Origin: Oscillospiraceae bacterium
Lineage (GTDB): Bacteria > Bacillota > Clostridia > Oscillospirales > JAAYXM01
Length of the DNA: 64,000 nt
Reading direction: 5' to 3'
NCBI GenBank assembly: GCA_017435965.1
Contig: JAFSEA010000042.1
Coordinates: 12,250 to 76,249 of the forward strand
Shown here: positions 38,455 through 48,132 of the stretch, in pieces
Layout of the letters: each line of letters begins with the position of its first letter
Position numbering within the stretch: position 1 is the stretch's first letter
Made by a program: the position numbers and the translations under genes
The notes under the pieces: generated by a model
Seen by the model: only the letters and a program-made list of their open reading frames with translations
Told to the model about the DNA's origin: nothing
The model's database searches: none

Positions 38455-39732
38455 ATGAATATTTTGTTTAAAAATGTCCGAGTGATAACGATGGATGACG
38501 AAATGCCTTATCTTGAAAACGCATATGTCGTTGTGTCGGATAAGAAAATCTCATATGTGGGAACTACTATGCCTGAAGGTGAGTTTTCACGAATAATAGA
38601 TGCATCGGGGAAGGTTATGATGCCGGGATTTGTAAATACTCACACTCATATTCCCATGACCCTTTTTCGCGGTCTTTCGGATGACTGTGAGCTTTCTGAT
38701 TGGCTTTTCAATCACATTTTCCCGGCAGAGGACAAGCTTACGGGAGAAAAAGTTCTTGCCGGAACAAAGCTTGCTCTTGCAGAAATGATTGCATCGGGCA
38801 CGACATCTTTCTCCGACAGCTATTTCTTCACAGACGAAATTGCCGAAGCAACCGTGCAGTCGGGAATCTGTGCAAATCTTTCAAGATCAATCGTAGGAAA
38901 TGGTGAGGATTTTGAAAATATGCCCTCGGTTTCAGAAATGAAGAGACTTCTTGAGTATGTGAAGGAAAACGGCGACGGGCGTGTAATTGCCGATATCTCT
39001 ATCCATGCGGAATACACAACCGAATCGCTTTGTCGTATCAAAACGGCGGAATATGCAAAGAAAAACAATCTTATTTTACAGATTCACACCTCGGAAACGG
39101 AGGCGGAGCATAAAAATTGCATTGAAAAGTATGGAAAAACGCCTGTGGAGCTTTTTGCTTCGGAAGGTTTGCTTGAAGGAACGCATCCGCTTCTTGCACA
39201 TTGTTGTTATATAACAGAAAATGATATGGAGATTCTAAAAAGCTATGACGGGCACATAGCACATTGTCCTATGAGCAACTTAAAGCTTGCATCAGGCGTT
39301 GCTCCCGTTCCTGAAATGATGAGAAGGGGTGTAAATGTGACTCTCGGCACCGACGGTGTTGCAAGCAATAACAATACGGATATGTTTGAAGAAATGAAGC
39401 TCTTTGCCGTTCTGCATAAAGGTATTGAAAAGAAAGCAACGGTGACAGATGCATACGTAGCCTTGAAAATTGCTACCGCAAACGGAAATCTTGCACAGGG
39501 AAGAAAAAACTGCGGAAAGATAGCCGAGGGTTATTTTGCAAATCTCATTCTTGTTGATTTTGAACGTCCTCATCTGGTTCCGTGTCATAATGTAATATCC
39601 AATATCGTTTATGCGGCAAAAGGCTCGGATGTTGTTATGACTATGGTACATGGCAGGGTGCTTTATGAAAACAATGAGTTTAAAACTATAGATATTGAAA
39701 AAGCAATGTATAATGTCAAAGGCATAAAATGA
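38455..39732 (+). CDS. mtaD: Amidohydrolase, 5-methylthioadenosine/S-adenosylhomocysteine deaminase (MtaD) family
   Basis: PGFVNTHTHIPMTLFRG metal motif, IHTSET, LAHC and GTDGVASNN motifs in MtaD order. Confidence 0.75.
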   Translation: MNILFKNVRVITMDDEMPYLENAYVVVSDKKISYVGTTMPEGEFSRIIDASGKVMMPGFVNTHTHIPMTLFRGLSDDCELSDWLFNHIFPAEDKLTGEKVLAGTKLALAEMIASGTTSFSDSYFFTDEIAEATVQSGICANLSRSIVGNGEDFENMPSVSEMKRLLEYVKENGDGRVIADISIHAEYTTESLCRIKTAEYAKKNNLILQIHTSETEAEHKNCIEKYGKTPVELFASEGLLEGTHPLLAHCCYITENDMEILKSYDGHIAHCPMSNLKLASGVAPVPEMMRRGVNVTLGTDGVASNNNTDMFEEMKLFAVLHKGIEKKATVTDAYVALKIATANGNLAQGRKNCGKIAEGYFANLILVDFERPHLVPCHNVISNIVYAAKGSDVVMTMVHGRVLYENNEFKTIDIEKAMYNVKGIK

Positions 39733-39784
39733 GTTTTTCAAGCATAAATTCGCATATAAAAAACAAAGGGTGTGAATTTGTGCT

Positions 39785-41368
39785 ATGAAAAAGAAAAAGC
39801 AAGGTTTTTTTTACGGTGCCGCAATTCTTGCATTTGCGGGAGTGGCCGTAAAAGTGATAGGCGCGTGCTATAAAATACCTCTCGGAAATCTTCTCGGACC
39901 TGTTGGTATGGCTGATTTCTCGATAGCTTATAACATATACACGCTTTTGTTCGTTCTTTCCACGGCAGGAATACCTTCTGCAGTATCGAAAATGGTTTCG
40001 GAAGCGGAATCAAAAAAAGATGACGGATATGCTTTTCGGATATATAAAGTATCTTGCTTCACTTTTGCGGCAGTAGGGATGGCAGGATTTTCTGTAATGT
40101 TCTTCGGCGCAGATATGCTGGCTGAACTTATGGGAAGCAAAAGTGCCGCCCTTTCGATAAAGGCGATTTCTCCTGCTGTGATGTTCGTTTGCATTTCTGC
40201 GATAAACAGAGGCTATTTTCAGGGTAAATCAAATATGTATCCAACAGCTGTATCGGAAATTCTTGAAGCCTTGGGAAAGTTGCTTTTCGGAATTGCGGCG
40301 GCGATATATATGAGGTTTTTAGGCTTTGACAGTGCGGTAATAAGCGCGGGCGCGATTTTTGGAGTGAGTGTCGGAGCTTTTCTCTCTGCTTTGTTTTTCT
40401 GCTTTTGTCGGGAAGGAAAGAAGGATAAGGTGACTGTGTCTGATGAGTCGGAGGGAAAGATAATACGAAAACTCTTTTCTCTTGCAATTCCGATTACCGC
40501 AGGTGCGGCGATAATAAGTGTCGGAAATGTGGTGGACAGCGCTTTGGTGATGAAGTTGCTTCAGGGCAGCGGATTTTCCGAATATCGTGCAAAATGGCTC
40601 TTTGGAGCATATAACTATGCGGTAACTCTTTTTAATTTGCCCTCTGTATTTACAACCACTCTTGCGATATCTGCCATTCCTGCGATATCCTTTGCTTTTG
40701 CAAAAGGCGATAAGTCGGAAGTAAATAAACTCGCAAATTCCGCAATGACCATCGGTATGACGGTTGCGTTTCCTGCGGCCTTCGGGCTTCTGGCTCTGTC
40801 TGAAGAAGTGATGTCACTCCTTTATGGTAGAAATGTAAGTTCGCTCTGTCTGGAGGCTTCATCGCTGATTCTCGGATATCTTTGTTTTGCGATTCCGTTT
40901 CTCACGATTGTTACGGTAACAAATTCAATTCATCAGTCTTTGGGAAGTGTTCATATACCGGTGATTTCAGGTGCACTTGGTGTTGCTGTGAAGATAGTGT
41001 CAAATATTTTGTTTGTAAGCCGTGTGGAAATAAATATTCTCGGTGCCGCAATCAGCACGGTTCTATGCTACGGAACCATTGCCGCAATCAATGTGGGGAC
41101 ACTCAAACGATATGATTTTATAAAAATTGAAATCACCAAAGTTTTTATTAAACCTTTCCTGCCGGGAGTCGTGTCTTATGTTGCTGCAGAGACCGCTTCG
41201 AGTTTAACAAGAACTGCGTTTGGATTCTGTTTTTCGACAGTTTTCTCGGTTTTTGCAGGTTTTTTGATGTGCCTTGTGACCTTTTTTGCGGTGGGTATAG
41301 TGCAGGTGAAAGGCAAAAGTGTGTATTTCGGTGGGGAAAGTATATCTAAATTTTTAAATAATGATTGA
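39785..41368 (+). CDS. MOP-superfamily flippase (polysaccharide biosynthesis protein; YabM/SpoVB/MurJ-like)
   Basis: 527 aa with about 14 TM segments. N-terminus AAILAFAGVAVKVIGACYKIPLGNLLG. Positioned before mazG like B. subtilis yabM. Confidence 0.75.
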   Translation: MKKKKQGFFYGAAILAFAGVAVKVIGACYKIPLGNLLGPVGMADFSIAYNIYTLLFVLSTAGIPSAVSKMVSEAESKKDDGYAFRIYKVSCFTFAAVGMAGFSVMFFGADMLAELMGSKSAALSIKAISPAVMFVCISAINRGYFQGKSNMYPTAVSEILEALGKLLFGIAAAIYMRFLGFDSAVISAGAIFGVSVGAFLSALFFCFCREGKKDKVTVSDESEGKIIRKLFSLAIPITAGAAIISVGNVVDSALVMKLLQGSGFSEYRAKWLFGAYNYAVTLFNLPSVFTTTLAISAIPAISFAFAKGDKSEVNKLANSAMTIGMTVAFPAAFGLLALSEEVMSLLYGRNVSSLCLEASSLILGYLCFAIPFLTIVTVTNSIHQSLGSVHIPVISGALGVAVKIVSNILFVSRVEINILGAAISTVLCYGTIAAINVGTLKRYDFIKIEITKVFIKPFLPGVVSYVAAETASSLTRTAFGFCFSTVFSVFAGFLMCLVTFFAVGIVQVKGKSVYFGGESISKFLNND

Positions 41369-41414
41369 AAAATTTAAATATTTTGAAAAAAGTACTTGCA
41401 GGAGAGTGATAAAT

Positions 41415-42143
41415 ATGATAAATTTTATAAGGAAAGAAAAATATGGTTTCCGGGATCTTGTCGAGATAACAAAGATTCTCCGATCCGATGAGGGATGTCC
41501 CTGGGATCGTGAGCAGACTCACAAGAGCATCAGAATGAATTTTGTGGAAGAAGTTTATGAGGCGTGCGAGGCTATTGATAATGAAGATGCCGAACTTCTT
41601 CTTGAGGAACTCGGGGATGTTCTTGCTCAGGTGGTTTTTCACGCAGAGCTTGAAAGTGAAGTCGGAAGATTTGATATCGATGATGTGGCCGATGGGGTCT
41701 GTAAAAAATTCATTCTGCGTCATCCCCATGTTTTCGGAGATGTAACAGCGGATACTTCCGATGAAGTTCTCGAAAATTGGGACGATATAAAGCGGAAGGA
41801 AAAAAGCCACAACACCCATTTTTCTGCTATGGATTCGGTTGCAAGAAGTCTTCCTGCTCTTATGCGGGCGGAGAAGCTTCAAAGTAAGGCGAAAAAAGCA
41901 GGCCTTTTGCAGAAGGATATATCGGAGCTTTCCGATTCCATAAAAAAAGAGCTTGATTTGGGCAATGATATGAATGTAGGAAATATATTGCTCGATGTTG
42001 TGAGGATTTCTCGCCTTTTGGGGGTTAATCCGGAGCAGGAGCTTGATAGCCGCAATGAGAAGTTTCTTGCGGAGTTTAAAAAGCTTGAAGATGAAGACGG
42101 AGAGCTTTCGGAGCTTCTCTCTCGTTTCTCGGACAAGCTTTGA
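41415..42143 (+). CDS. mazG: Nucleoside triphosphate pyrophosphohydrolase MazG (YabN-like)
   Basis: CPWDREQTHKSIRMNFVEEVYE and LEELGDVL (EExxE/D) motifs. ATG 41415 avoids overlap with the flippase gene (ORF track 41361). Confidence 0.85.
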   Translation: MINFIRKEKYGFRDLVEITKILRSDEGCPWDREQTHKSIRMNFVEEVYEACEAIDNEDAELLLEELGDVLAQVVFHAELESEVGRFDIDDVADGVCKKFILRHPHVFGDVTADTSDEVLENWDDIKRKEKSHNTHFSAMDSVARSLPALMRAEKLQSKAKKAGLLQKDISELSDSIKKELDLGNDMNVGNILLDVVRISRLLGVNPEQELDSRNEKFLAEFKKLEDEDGELSELLSRFSDKL

Positions 42144-42220
42144 TTATTTAATTGCTAAAACGGTGGGGAATTTTTTACTTCACGCCTTTTAGATAAAAAC
42201 AAAATAGGAGGCAAAATCAG

Positions 42221-42496
42221 ATGAACAAAACAGAATTGGTAAATGCAGTTGCTGAAAAGGCAGCACTTTCCAAGAAGGACGCTGAGAAGGTTATCAACGC
42301 AACAGTTGATGCTATCACAGCTGCTCTTGTAGCAGGCGACAAGGTTCAGCTCGTTGGCTTTGGTGCATTCGAGGTTAAGACTCGTGCAGCAAGACAGGGT
42401 CGCAACCCGCGCACAAAAGAGACAATTACCATTCCTGCATCTAAGAGCCCGGTATTCAAGGCCGGCAAGGCTCTTAAGGACGCTGTCGCGAAGTAA
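42221..42496 (+). CDS. hup: DNA-binding protein HU
   Basis: 91 aa. MNKTELVNAVAEKA...GFGAFEVKTRAARQGRNPRTKETITIPASKSPVFKAGKALKDAV is the canonical HU sequence pattern. Confidence 0.97.
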   Translation: MNKTELVNAVAEKAALSKKDAEKVINATVDAITAALVAGDKVQLVGFGAFEVKTRAARQGRNPRTKETITIPASKSPVFKAGKALKDAVAK

Positions 42497-42608
42497 TTAA
42501 GCTTAAGCTATGTTATTGCCGGAGACAGGTTTTTTTCTGTCTCCGGGTAGCATATCCTCTTCACAGCACAAAACTTAATGCCTGTTTTAGGGCAAGCGAA
42601 GGTTTTAT

Positions 42609-42851
42609 ATGAGAATAGACAAATACCTTAAGGTTTCAAGACTTATAAAGAGAAGAACGGTCGCAAATGAAGCTTGTGACAATGGCAGAGTCTCAGTAAA
42701 CGGAAAGCCGGTGAAGGCATCTTATGATGTTAAGGTTTCCGATATTATTGAGATTTCTTTTGGTACTCGAACACTCAAGATTCGTGTCCTCGCCGTGAAT
42801 GAGCATATGACCAAGGACGAGGCGCACACTATGTATGAAGAAGTGCGCTGA
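42609..42851 (+). CDS. yabO: S4-domain RNA-binding protein (YabO/Hsp15-like)
   Basis: 80 aa. MRIDKYLKVSRLIKRRTVANEACDNGRVSVNGK S4 motif. Synteny with yabP-yabQ. Confidence 0.85.
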   Translation: MRIDKYLKVSRLIKRRTVANEACDNGRVSVNGKPVKASYDVKVSDIIEISFGTRTLKIRVLAVNEHMTKDEAHTMYEEVR

Positions 42852-42934
42852 TTTTTATGTAGACCTATAAATTTGAGAATAAAACTCAGAAGCGACAAAT
42901 ATACTTATCACAAGAAAAGTATTGGAGGTCGCTT

Positions 42935-43219
42935 ATGCAGTTTGAAGATAAAAGTGTTTCAAAAGATGTTCCGCAGAACATCATAATCGAAAATCGATTC
43001 AGAATGAGTATCTCCGGAGTTTCGGATGTTGAAAATTTTGATGAAAGTATTGTGCAGCTTTCAACAAATCGCGGACTTTTAACTGTGAAAGGTTCGGGAC
43101 TTCATATAGAAAGATTGAATCTCGAAACGGGAGAACTTGCGGTTGAGGGCACAATTGACGGACTGGAATATAGTGAGCTTATAGCAGGCGGCAGTTTCTG
43201 GTCACGCCTTTTTAAGTAG
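42935..43219 (+). CDS. yabP: Sporulation protein YabP
   Basis: 94 aa. The NIIIENRFRMSISGVSDVENFDESIVQLST...LTVKGSGLHIERLNLETGEL pattern is typical of YabP. Confidence 0.85.
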   Translation: MQFEDKSVSKDVPQNIIIENRFRMSISGVSDVENFDESIVQLSTNRGLLTVKGSGLHIERLNLETGELAVEGTIDGLEYSELIAGGSFWSRLFK

Positions 43220-43231
43220 CGGTGCTCTGTT

Positions 43232-43714
43232 GTGGCGAATTTAGTTTCTTTGCAAACTTTAGAATTCTTTTATTCTGCACTTATGGGAGTTTGCCTTGGT
43301 GCTTTGTTTGACTTATTCAGAGTGCTCAGGTTTTTTTCGCCCGGTAAAAGAATTCTTACGGTGGTAACGGATATACTGTTCTGGAATGTTGCAATAATTA
43401 TTCTTTTTGCATTTGTACTTACTGTTTCAAATGGCAGAATGCGATGGTATGTGCTTTTAGGCACTTTTTGCGGAGGCTTTGTTTACATATCGGCTGTAAG
43501 CGAAATAGTGTTCAGAGTTTGCGTGTCGGTCGTATTCTTAATTAAAAAGTTTTTATGGATGATAACACATCCTGTCTATCTTGTTTTGAGATGGATGTGG
43601 CGTGGGGTAAAGCAAAGCTATCGGGGAAGAATGAAGAAGATTAAGGAAAGGAGAGAGTCAGTTGCAGAAAAAAGAGAAGAGCAAGAAAAAGAGAAGACGC
43701 AATTTGATGCCTAA
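43232..43714 (+). CDS. yabQ: Spore cortex biosynthesis protein YabQ
   Basis: 4-5 TM segments. The N-terminus FFYSALMGVCLGALFDLFRVLR is typical of YabQ. GTG start. Synteny supports the call. Confidence 0.8.
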   Translation: MANLVSLQTLEFFYSALMGVCLGALFDLFRVLRFFSPGKRILTVVTDILFWNVAIIILFAFVLTVSNGRMRWYVLLGTFCGGFVYISAVSEIVFRVCVSVVFLIKKFLWMITHPVYLVLRWMWRGVKQSYRGRMKKIKERRESVAEKREEQEKEKTQFDA

Positions 43715-43991
43715 AATAATTCTTGCGGTATTTGTTGTTTACGCATCTGTCACTCTTGTTCAGAATCAAGTTGAGGCAAATAGGAGTGCTTCGGAAGTTG
43801 AAAAGACTGAAATGTCCATATCCGGTGAGAAGCTCAAGAAGATAGAACTTGAAGAAAAGTATGCAGACCTTGAACAACTGTTCGGGAAAGAATCAAGCGA
43901 TGAGTATATGGAGTATATGAAGAAAAAAGCGGAAGAACAAGGTTTTGTTGATTCGAATGCAATAATATTTGAAGATGTTTCAAAGAATTAG
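43662..43991 (+). CDS. divIC: Septum formation initiator (DivIC/FtsB family)
   Basis: Basic N-terminus, single TM segment (IILAVFVVYASVTLV), then coiled coil. Start is ambiguous: TTG 43662 (after AAGGAAAGGAGAG, 53-nt overlap with yabQ) or ATG 43707. Confidence 0.7.
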   Translation: MQKKEKSKKKRRRNLMPKIILAVFVVYASVTLVQNQVEANRSASEVEKTEMSISGEKLKKIELEEKYADLEQLFGKESSDEYMEYMKKKAEEQGFVDSNAIIFEDVSKN

Positions 43992-44030
43992 GCTTTCTTT
44001 TAAAATACAAAGGAGGACACAGGTAAGGGT

Positions 44031-44435
44031 ATGGGACTTGAGATAGGTGCGGTATGTAACGGGAAGGTTACATCAATCACAAAATATGGTGCTTTTGTAG
44101 CTCTGGGAGATGGGAAAAGCGGAATGGTACATATTTCCGAAATTTCTCATACATATGTAAACGATATAAATGAACATTTGAAAAACGGTCAGGATGTCAA
44201 GGTTAAAGTTATCGGAATTGACGAAAACGGAAGGATAAGTTTATCTATTCGCAAGGCTGAGCCGCGTCCGGAACGTCCGCAAACGAATTTTGCACCAAAG
44301 TCCTCTCCGAAAGAGAATGTGGAACTTTCTTTTGAAGATAAGCTCAAGCAGTTTATGCAAGATAGTGACAGCAAGATTTCCGGAATAAAACAGTATTCAG
44401 ACAGACGTACGAATACTCGCCGTCCGAGACGATAA
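44031..44435 (+). CDS. yabR: S1-domain RNA-binding protein (YabR-like)
   Basis: S1 fold motif GKVTSITKYGAFVALGDGKSGMVHISEIS and a basic C-terminal tail. Follows divIC as in B. subtilis. Confidence 0.88.
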   Translation: MGLEIGAVCNGKVTSITKYGAFVALGDGKSGMVHISEISHTYVNDINEHLKNGQDVKVKVIGIDENGRISLSIRKAEPRPERPQTNFAPKSSPKENVELSFEDKLKQFMQDSDSKISGIKQYSDRRTNTRRPRR

Positions 44436-44441
44436 TAAAAC

Positions 44442-44489
44442 AACACCGATGATGTGTGGATATACATCATCGGTGTTTGCATTTTTTTT
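44442..44489 (+). terminator. Intrinsic terminator after yabR
   Basis: 14-bp stem 44442-44455/44464-44477 followed by tgcatttttttt. Confidence 0.8.
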
Positions 44490-44539
44490 CTTTTTCGCAA
44501 TATATATGTTAATGGATATTTTGCGGACGGAGGAAAAAG

Positions 44540-45700
44540 ATGAAAGGAAAGAAAAACAATTTTTTTATTATTGTTATTTTCGCGGTAGTGTCTGTCTGTG
44601 TTATGGTAAGAGTGCTCTCTTACTTTGGGGCAGAAGAAAAAATTATGAAATATATGTCAGAACTGTCGGAGAATGAAAGCTTTGTGAAATATGCGGTTGC
44701 AGGGCAGACTCCGTTGGTTGAAGGTGATACCGGAAAGTTTTTTTTGAATATGGCTTTTTCCGAGACTGCCGTGGATGTGGGAGATGAGGATGAAGCAGAA
44801 AATGAAGTATATGAAGAAACTGTGGTTGAGATTGAAGTTGAATCCGGACAGCCGGAACGCGAAGAGCTTACGGTGTGGGAATATACCATAGGAGGAGAGA
44901 AAACAGAGAAAACTTATCCCATAGAAAATATAACCATAAAGCCCGTAACATCGAAAGGATATGTTGTTTATGAAAATGTATGGGTGAAGAATGACAGCAC
45001 AAAGGGAATAGATATCAAATGGTTGCTTAATTCAAAACTTCCATTTAAGCTTGTGGGAGACGGGCCCCATGTACTTATAATTCATACTCACGGAAGTGAA
45101 AGTTATTTACCGCAGGGAAGGGATTTCTACACACTTACAGATGTGGAGAGAACTGAGGATAAACGCTACAATGTGATAAGTGTCGGAGATGAACTTGAAA
45201 ATGTGTTGAAGGAAAATGGAATATCGGTAATTCATGACAGAAATATATACGACAGCCCATCATATAACGGTTCTTACACAAGGGCTCTGGATGCCATTGG
45301 AAAGACGCTTAAAGCAAACCCGACCATCAAAGTGGTTATCGATTTGCATCGAGATGCCATGACAAATGCCGATGGTGTTAAATACAGAACTGTAGCAAAC
45401 GTAAACGGAAAACAGATGGCACAGATGATGCTTGTTATGTCAACGGGCGAAAGCGGGCTGCCACATCCTGACTGGGCGGAAAACTTAAAACTTGCCGTCA
45501 AACTTCAAAATGTTATGTCGGAGAAATATCCCGGGATTATGCGGCCTGTGAATCTGAGAAAAGAACGTTTCAATATGCACGCAACAACGGGATCAATGCT
45601 TGTTGAAGTGGGAACAAGCGCAAATTCTCTTTCTGAAGCGAAGGAATCGGTAAAACTTCTGGGAAAGGAACTTGCAGAGATACTCAAAAAGGCAAAATGA
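44540..45700 (+). CDS. spoIIP: Stage II sporulation protein P
   Basis: N-terminal TM segment. VLIIHTHGSESY motif and VIDLHRD, typical of the SpoIIP amidase/peptidase family. Confidence 0.85.
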   Translation: MKGKKNNFFIIVIFAVVSVCVMVRVLSYFGAEEKIMKYMSELSENESFVKYAVAGQTPLVEGDTGKFFLNMAFSETAVDVGDEDEAENEVYEETVVEIEVESGQPEREELTVWEYTIGGEKTEKTYPIENITIKPVTSKGYVVYENVWVKNDSTKGIDIKWLLNSKLPFKLVGDGPHVLIIHTHGSESYLPQGRDFYTLTDVERTEDKRYNVISVGDELENVLKENGISVIHDRNIYDSPSYNGSYTRALDAIGKTLKANPTIKVVIDLHRDAMTNADGVKYRTVANVNGKQMAQMMLVMSTGESGLPHPDWAENLKLAVKLQNVMSEKYPGIMRPVNLRKERFNMHATTGSMLVEVGTSANSLSEAKESVKLLGKELAEILKKAK

Positions 45701-45734
45701 GAGCGTGCCTCACATAAAGAGAGACACGCCTCTT

Positions 45735-47090
45735 CTACTTGCCTACGCAGAATCTGCTGAATATGTCGGATATGATTGCATCCTGAGCGTGAAGTCCTGT
45801 TATTTCTCCCAGGATATTTATGGCGTTTTCGATGTCGCTTACCGCAAGGTCGGGATATATTCCGCCCCGGAAGGCGTCTGCAGAACTTTTTATAGAGTCG
45901 GTCGCTCGCATAAGAGTTGATGCGTGGCGGGGGTTTGTTACGGTTTTGCCGTCACAGGGAATATCGGCAATTTCGAAGATATCACAGATCATATCGAGAA
46001 GTCTGTCGGTGCCCGTTTTTTCTTTTGCCGATATTTCGATTGTGGGAAGATTTGAGAATGCTTCTTTATCTAAAACGCAACCGAGGTCAGTTTTATTTAT
46101 AACACATATACTGCGTTGCTTTTTTGCTATTTCAATGACTTCTTTGTCATAGTCGTTGATTTCTTCTGCTCCGTCAAATACGGCGATTACCAGATCGGCA
46201 TCCTCTGCGGCTCTGCGGCTTCGCTCAATTCCCATTTGTTCCGGGATTGTTTCGGCATCACGAAGCCCGGCTGTGTCGATAAGACGAAGTGCGAGGGAAT
46301 TTATCGAGAGGTTTTCTTCAATGGTGTCACGGGTTGTTCCTTCGAGATCTGTTACTATACTGCGCTCGCATCCGAGGAGGGCATTTAACAGAGAGGATTT
46401 TCCGACATTTGGTCTGCCGATGAGGGCGACTTTTACTCCATCACGGAAAAAACGCCCCTTTTCAAATGTGCCTCCCAACGCTTCTGTTTGCGAGGAGAGC
46501 GCATAAAGCTTTTCGGCGATATCATCTCGCTCTGTTTGCGGTATTTCATCATCGGGATAGTCGATGTATGCATAAAACTCTGATGCGATTTCGGTGAGCT
46601 TTTGGGAAATTGAAGAAATCTCACGCCCAAGAGAACCGTTCATCTGTTCTGCGGCATTTCTTGCAGACAGCTCGGTTTCGGAATCTATGAGATCGATAAT
46701 GGCTTCTGCCTGTGTTAAGTCCATTTTACCGTTGAGAAAAGCTCTGTGAGTGAATTCTCCCGGATTTGCAGGGCGTGCGCCTGCGTGATAAAGTGAGATG
46801 AGAATGGTGCGCAACACGGCCAAAGAACCGTGGGTGTAAAACTCAACACAGTCCTCTCCGGTAAAGCTTGCAGGAGCTTTGAAATAAACTCCCATACCGA
46901 AATCGCAGATATCTCCGTTTTTTGAGAGAAACTTTCCGGTCACCATATTGCGTGGGTTTTCACCGTGATTACCGAGGAAAACTTTGTTTGAAATCGCAAG
47001 GGCATCCTGCCCGGATATACGTATTATGCCGATTGCACTTTTCATGGGCGCGGTGGCTATTGCGGCAATGGTATCAGACATTGGGAACAC
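45735..47090 (-). CDS. mnmE: tRNA modification GTPase MnmE (TrmE)
   Basis: N-terminus DTIAAIATAPMKSAIGIIRISG, G-domain GRPNVGKSSLLNAL and DTAG, C-terminal FCVGK. Confidence 0.96.
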   Translation of the reverse strand: MFPMSDTIAAIATAPMKSAIGIIRISGQDALAISNKVFLGNHGENPRNMVTGKFLSKNGDICDFGMGVYFKAPASFTGEDCVEFYTHGSLAVLRTILISLYHAGARPANPGEFTHRAFLNGKMDLTQAEAIIDLIDSETELSARNAAEQMNGSLGREISSISQKLTEIASEFYAYIDYPDDEIPQTERDDIAEKLYALSSQTEALGGTFEKGRFFRDGVKVALIGRPNVGKSSLLNALLGCERSIVTDLEGTTRDTIEENLSINSLALRLIDTAGLRDAETIPEQMGIERSRRAAEDADLVIAVFDGAEEINDYDKEVIEIAKKQRSICVINKTDLGCVLDKEAFSNLPTIEISAKEKTGTDRLLDMICDIFEIADIPCDGKTVTNPRHASTLMRATDSIKSSADAFRGGIYPDLAVSDIENAINILGEITGLHAQDAIISDIFSRFCVGK

Positions 47091-47170
47091 CTCCGTAGTG
47101 ATTATATATCAGAAAAGGAATTATTTCAACAGTTTGAGGACACATTGGTAAAAAATGAAGTGGGTTTTGA

Positions 47171-47199
47171 TTGACTATTGGTTGCTTTTGTGATATAAT
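47171..47199 (+). promoter_or_regulatory. Sigma-A-type promoter candidate (extended -10) for the MscS-family gene
   Basis: TTGACT - 17 nt (ending TGA) - TATAAT. Confidence 0.5.
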
Positions 47200-47223
47200 A
47201 TTTCCGTTTTAAAGGGGTATGCG

Positions 47224-48129
47224 GTGATATTGGGTTTACGGTATCATCGCATTTTTGTTGATTTGCTTGTCGAAAAATGTATAAAAATGAAGAAGGTGTT
47301 TATTGTGGATTGGGATGCAATTGTTGATTCGGTGGTCGATGCCATAACCTCGTTTGGGTTGAGACTTTTAACAGCGGCGATTGTTTTCTTTACAGCTCAT
47401 AAATTTATAAAAAAATTCCGCAAATGGATTCGTACTTCAGAACGTTTTGATAAGTTTGATGAAGGTGTTCGGTCTTTTCTGACGAGCTTTTGCGGAATAG
47501 TGCTTTATATTATCTTGGCCATAACAATCACAATTATGTTGGGGATTCCCAGTACATCGCTGATAACGGCGTTGGCTTCTTGCGGTGTCGCAATAGGTCT
47601 TGCTTTGCAGGGGTCACTCAGTAATTTCGCCGGTGGAATAATGATACTTATTTTCAAACCGTTTAAGGTTGGAGATTATATCTGCACGGAAGAAACCTCC
47701 GGCACAGTTTCGGAAATAACGGTAGTATATACCATATTGCACACGCCGGACAATAAAGTTATAACGGTTCCGAATGGAACTCTTACCAATTCGGTTATTG
47801 AAAATTATTCTGCAGTCGAAAACCGAAGAATAGATATTACATTCAATGTGTCTTATGATAGCGATATAGATAAAGTAAAGTCTGTTATTATGAATGTTAT
47901 TTCAGAACGCAGTCAGGTGCTTCCGGAGCCTCAGCCTTTTGCAAGGCTCTCGGATTGTGGGGAAAATTCCCTTGTTTATACAATAAGAGTGTGGTGCAAA
48001 ACCGAAGATTATTGGAATTTGCGGTTTGATATTATTGAAGAAATGAAACGGGCTTTTGACAGAAACGGAATTTCGATCCCCTTTCCACAGTTGGATGTGC
48101 ATATTAAAGATGATAAAGCTGCAAAGTAA
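47224..48129 (+). CDS. Mechanosensitive ion channel, MscS family
   Basis: 3 TM segments, pore helix LASCGVAIGLALQGSLSNFAGG, then a beta domain (FKVGDYI). Start is GTG 47224 (AAAGGGG RBS) or ATG 47287 (no RBS). Confidence 0.85.
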   Translation: MILGLRYHRIFVDLLVEKCIKMKKVFIVDWDAIVDSVVDAITSFGLRLLTAAIVFFTAHKFIKKFRKWIRTSERFDKFDEGVRSFLTSFCGIVLYIILAITITIMLGIPSTSLITALASCGVAIGLALQGSLSNFAGGIMILIFKPFKVGDYICTEETSGTVSEITVVYTILHTPDNKVITVPNGTLTNSVIENYSAVENRRIDITFNVSYDSDIDKVKSVIMNVISERSQVLPEPQPFARLSDCGENSLVYTIRVWCKTEDYWNLRFDIIEEMKRAFDRNGISIPFPQLDVHIKDDKAAK

Positions 48130-48132
48130 AAA

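Noticed and set aside
41361-41414. Upstream start for MazG overlapping the flippase gene
   Set aside because: The first 18 codons (MIEKFKYFEKSTCRRVIN) overlap the end of the flippase gene and its downstream spacer, and have no counterpart in MazG. ATG 41415 gives the usual N-terminus before the CPWD motif. Uncertainty remains.
42519-42546. 10-bp hairpin (ccggagacag / ctgtctccgg) after hup as an intrinsic terminator
   Set aside because: The T-run lies in the loop and not after the stem, and neither strand has a U-tail. It may still pause or stabilise the transcript, but it is not a canonical terminator.
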